Source: Candidatus Rokuibacteriota bacterium (lineage in GTDB: Bacteria > Methylomirabilota > Methylomirabilia > Rokubacteriales > DASRDR01). Taken from it: DNA of 10,098 nt. Below, piece by piece: positions 6,946 through 10,098 of this stretch (within the stretch, counting starts at the first letter, position 1; each line of letters begins with the position of its first letter). The stretch is taken from the NCBI GenBank assembly GCA_044866005.1, contig JBIOTN010000183.1:1-10098 (forward strand). Reading direction: 5' to 3'. The notes beneath the pieces are model-generated. The model was not told the origin of the DNA and did not search any database. It saw only the letters and a list, made by a program, of their open reading frames with translations. Position numbers and translations under genes: made by a program.

Positions 6946-8295
6946 GTGAAGCGTGTCACCGGCTCCGTCCTCCTCGCGGCGCTCGTCACCGGACTGGCCC
7001 TGCTGGCCGAGTCCGTGCTGGCGCCGCCGTCGCACTCCCAGGGCGTCGACGTCTTCCTCAACGTGACCCAGGGCGGCTCGAAGAAGCTCGGGATCGCCGT
7101 CCCCGAGTTCGTGCGGGCGCGCGAGAGTCCGGACGAAGGGAACTTCGCCCGCGTCCTGCCGGAGATCATCGGCAACGATCTCCGGTTCTCGGCGCTCTTC
7201 ACCGTCGTCGCCAACGAGCCGCCGCTTCCCGCGAACGCCGAGGCCTTGAAGAAGAAGCTCGCCGACCTCGCCGCGGCCGGCGCGCACGCGGCGATGCAGG
7301 GCGTTCTCGGCCTGACGTCGCAGCGGGTCACGGTCGAGTTCCGGCTCTACGACCTCACGAACCCGGCATTCCGTCTTATCGCGTCCAAGAGCTTCTGGGT
7401 GGAGCCGGTCTCCGCGCATCGGCGGCTCGCCCACCGGATCGCGGACGAGGTCGTCTACCAGTTCACCGGCGAGCGCGGCATCGCCGAGACGAAGATCGCC
7501 TACGTGACCCGGGCGGGCGCCACCAAAGAGATCGCCATGATGGACTACGACGGGTTCAACCAGGCGCCGCTGACGCACCTCGGGAGCATCTCGCTGTCGC
7601 CCGTCTGGAGCCCGGTCGACTCGACGGTCGCCTTCACGTCCTTCTTCAAGGGGTACCCGTACCTGTTCCGCCTGTACCCCTTCAACCCGCGCCGGCAGGA
7701 CCCCGAGCTCATCTCCGCCTGGCCCGGCATCAACTCGGCGGCCGCCTGGGCCCCCGACGGCAAGACGGTCGCCGTCACGCTCTCCAAGGACGGCAACCCC
7801 GAGCTCTACACCTTGCGGCTCGGCACGTCCGACTTCCGGCGGCTGACGAACCACCGGGCCATCGACACGGACCCCACCTGGTCGCCGACGGGGCGCGAGA
7901 TCGCCTTCTCGTCCGACCGGACCGGCACGCCGCAGCTCTGGATCATGGACGCCGAGGGCGCGAACCCGCGCCGGCTCACCTTCGGCAACGGCTTCGACAC
8001 GCAGCCCCGCTGGTCCCCGCGCGGCGACTCGATCGTGTTCACGCGCCGGGTGCCCGGCGGCTTCGACCTCTGGGCGATCGCGCCCGACGGGACGAACGCG
8101 CGGCCCCTGACCCAGAGTCAGGGCAGCAACGAGAGCGCGAGCTGGGCGCCGAACGGGCGCCATCTCGCCTTCTCGTCGACCCGCGACGGGCGTTCCCAGG
8201 TCTACACCATGCTGGCCGATGGATCGGAACAGCAACCCCTGACACGGGATCGCGGCGAGGCCTCCAGCCCGACGTGGTCACCGCGGCCGCAGTGA
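6946..8295 (+). CDS. tolB: Tol-Pal system beta-propeller protein TolB
   Basis: Signal peptide, N-terminal domain (KLGIAVPEF, AHRIADEVVYQFTGERGIAETKIAYV) and PD40-type repeats (SPVWSP, AAWAPDG, PTWSPTG, PRWSPRG, SWAPNG, PTWSP). Confidence 0.95.
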   Translation: MKRVTGSVLLAALVTGLALLAESVLAPPSHSQGVDVFLNVTQGGSKKLGIAVPEFVRARESPDEGNFARVLPEIIGNDLRFSALFTVVANEPPLPANAEALKKKLADLAAAGAHAAMQGVLGLTSQRVTVEFRLYDLTNPAFRLIASKSFWVEPVSAHRRLAHRIADEVVYQFTGERGIAETKIAYVTRAGATKEIAMMDYDGFNQAPLTHLGSISLSPVWSPVDSTVAFTSFFKGYPYLFRLYPFNPRRQDPELISAWPGINSAAAWAPDGKTVAVTLSKDGNPELYTLRLGTSDFRRLTNHRAIDTDPTWSPTGREIAFSSDRTGTPQLWIMDAEGANPRRLTFGNGFDTQPRWSPRGDSIVFTRRVPGGFDLWAIAPDGTNARPLTQSQGSNESASWAPNGRHLAFSSTRDGRSQVYTMLADGSEQQPLTRDRGEASSPTWSPRPQ

Positions 8296-8332
8296 CGCAC
8301 TCGGACAGCCCGATAGTGGAAAGGAGCGTGGC

Positions 8333-9034
8333 ATGAACCGCAGACCCTGGCAGACGACGGTGGTGGTCGCCCTCCTCTTCGCGGCCTCGGTCGCGCTCAC
8401 GGGCTGCCCGAAGAAGCCGGCCCCCGCGGCCGGCACGGGCCCGGGCGGCGGCGCCGGGCCGAGCGCGGGCGGCTCGATGGGAAGCGGACCCGGCGGCGCC
8501 GGGGGCGCGGGCGGCGTCGGCGGCACGGGGCCCGGCACGATCGGCTCGGGGCCGGGCGGGGCCGGCGCGATGGGCGGCGGGCCCGGCGGCGGCGCCGGGC
8601 CGAGCGCGGGCGGTCCGGGCGGCGGCGCGGGCCCCGGCGTGGCCGGCGCGACCGGCACGACGATCCCCGGCCTGCCGTCGCCGAAGGAGTTCGCCGAGAC
8701 GTCGGCCTTGCGCGACGTCCACTTCGACTTCGACAAGTACGAGATCCGGCAGCAGGACGTCCAGATCCTCGACGAGAACGCGCGCTGGCTCAAGTCCAAC
8801 GCCACCACGCAGGTGCTGATCGAGGGTCACTCGGACGAGCGTGGGACGAACGAGTACAACCTCGCCCTCGGCGAGCGCCGCGCGAAGGCGACGCGGGATC
8901 ATCTCGTCTCGCTGGGGGTCGACGGCGGCCGGATCAGCGTGATCAGCTACGGCGAGGAGCGGCCGCTCTGCACGGAGCGGACCGAGGCGTGCTGGGCCCA
9001 GAACCGGCGCGCGCACTTCCTGGTCAAGCAGTAA
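8333..9034 (+). CDS. pal: Peptidoglycan-associated lipoprotein Pal with a long Gly-rich N-terminal linker
   Basis: SD AAGGAG, lipobox ALTG-C25, OmpA-like domain VHFDFDKY...IEGHSDERGTNEYNLALGERRA...ISYGEERP...NRRAHF. Confidence 0.96.
   Translation: MNRRPWQTTVVVALLFAASVALTGCPKKPAPAAGTGPGGGAGPSAGGSMGSGPGGAGGAGGVGGTGPGTIGSGPGGAGAMGGGPGGGAGPSAGGPGGGAGPGVAGATGTTIPGLPSPKEFAETSALRDVHFDFDKYEIRQQDVQILDENARWLKSNATTQVLIEGHSDERGTNEYNLALGERRAKATRDHLVSLGVDGGRISVISYGEERPLCTERTEACWAQNRRAHFLVKQ
8432..8656 (+). repeat. Gly/Pro low-complexity coding repeat in pal (GPGGX units, GPGGGAGPSAGG twice)
   Basis: The 29-nt sequence GGCGGCGGCGCCGGGCCGAGCGCGGGCGG occurs exactly at 8444-8472 and 8585-8613; 41 of 75 residues are Gly. 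Confidence 0.85.
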
Positions 9035-9040
9035 GGCCCC

Positions 9041-10015
9041 GTGCGGCTCGGACCGGCTTGGCGATGGGCGCTCGGCGCGGTGGTGCTGGCGCTGCTCGGG
9101 GCATGCGCCACCATGCCGGAGCCCGCGCCGCTCCTCCGTGAAGACCTGGCCCGGATCCGGACCGATCTGGCCCGGATCGAGCAGTCGGTCCAGAAGAGCC
9201 AGGCCGAGGTCCAGGCCGACCTCCAGCGGGCTGACCGCCAGTCGGCGCAGACGCTGACGGAGCTCCAGCGAAGCGTCGCCCAGCTCGGCAGCCGGCTGGA
9301 CGAGCTCGGCCGCGAAGCCGGACGGATCCACGGCCGGCTCGACGAGCTCCAGCGGCGCGTCGAGACGCTCGCCCTCCAGTTCGACGCTGCAGGGCCACCG
9401 CCCGCGCGCACGGCCCCCCAGACCGGAGGGCCCGGTCCGGCGCCGGGTGGGCCCGCCGAACCGGCGCGGCCGACCTCACCCCCCGCGGGGGCGCCCGGGC
9501 CCCCCCGTGCAGGGTCCGCGCCCTCGACGCCCGCGGCCGGGGCACCGTCCGGCTCCACGGCTGCCGCCCCTGCCCCGGGGGCGAGCCCGGCCCGCCAGGC
9601 CTCCGACCTCTACCAGACGGCCTACATCGACTACACGCGCGGCAACTACAACCTCGCCATCGCGGCCTTCAAGGAGTTCATCCGCCTCTACCCCGAGACG
9701 GACCTGGCCGAGAAGGCGCAGTACTGGATCGCCGAGTCGCACTTCAGCCTGGCGCGCGACTTCCAGGGGCGCGCTGACCGCGACCGGGCCACGCAGGAGT
9801 TCGAGCGCGCGGTGCAGGAGTTCCGGAAGGTCCTGATCAACTACCCGCGCGGCGATCGCGTCCCCACCGCGCTCTACAAGGAGGCGCTGACGCTCCTCGA
9901 GCTGCGCCAGCCCGCCCTCGCCGAGGCGCGGCTCCAGTTCCTCGTCGATCAGTTCCCGTCGACGGAGGAGGCGGCCAAGGCGAAGGAGGAGCTGGCGCGG
10001 ATGCGCAAGAGATAG
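9041..10015 (+). CDS. cpoB: Cell division coordinator CpoB (YbgF): coiled coil plus TPR, predicted lipoprotein
   Basis: Directly follows pal; signal peptide ending LLGA-C, heptad coiled coil, Pro/Ala/Gly linker, and TPRs LYQTAYIDYTRGNYNLAIAAFKEFIRLYP, AQYWIAESHF, VPTALYK, LVDQFPSTEEA. Confidence 0.9.
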   Translation: MRLGPAWRWALGAVVLALLGACATMPEPAPLLREDLARIRTDLARIEQSVQKSQAEVQADLQRADRQSAQTLTELQRSVAQLGSRLDELGREAGRIHGRLDELQRRVETLALQFDAAGPPPARTAPQTGGPGPAPGGPAEPARPTSPPAGAPGPPRAGSAPSTPAAGAPSGSTAAAPAPGASPARQASDLYQTAYIDYTRGNYNLAIAAFKEFIRLYPETDLAEKAQYWIAESHFSLARDFQGRADRDRATQEFERAVQEFRKVLINYPRGDRVPTALYKEALTLLELRQPALAEARLQFLVDQFPSTEEAAKAKEELARMRKR

Positions 10016-10035
10016 CGCCGGCCGGCCGGTCGACC

Positions 10036-10075
10036 GAAACAGCGCGGCCCCGATCGCCCGGGGCCGTTTTGTTTC
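10036..10075 (+). terminator. Intrinsic terminator of the tol-pal operon
   Basis: Stem CGGCCCCG (10045-10052) with CGGGGCCG (10059-10066), 6-nt loop, followed by TTTTGTTT; the upstream GAAACA can extend the stem with TGTTTC. Confidence 0.85.
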
Positions 10076-10098
10076 CCATAGCCGGGCCGAGAAGCGCG

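Noticed and set aside
4774..9558. Long antisense ORFs over tol-pal (396, 490, 445, 430 aa and the Pro-rich 176 aa)
   Set aside because: Shadow ORFs caused by GC3 codon bias; the Pro-rich one is just the reverse complement of the Pal glycine linker.

Overview
Very GC-rich DNA from a diderm bacterium; the taxon cannot be fixed from sequence alone. Left to right: (1) an amidohydrolase_2-family gene (+); (2) a 179-bp spacer between convergent stop codons that folds into one long imperfect hairpin, with a second copy of its right arm at the start of the window, so the amidohydrolase gene is bracketed by two direct copies; (3) a tightly packed minus-strand operon: lgt, an RNase Z-like metallo-beta-lactamase hydrolase, a membrane GGDEF diguanylate cyclase and a DEDDy 3'-5' exonuclease; (4) an AT-richer control region with two back-to-back sigma70-type promoters; (5) a complete tolQ-tolR-tolA(TonB-like)-tolB-pal-cpoB operon ending in an intrinsic terminator. 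The most unusual items are the repeated rod-like palindromic element, a 75-residue GPGGX-rich glycine linker in Pal, the cyclase flanked by two predicted phosphodiesterases/nucleases, and a short SD-led ORF in frame with lgt and separated from it by one TAG.
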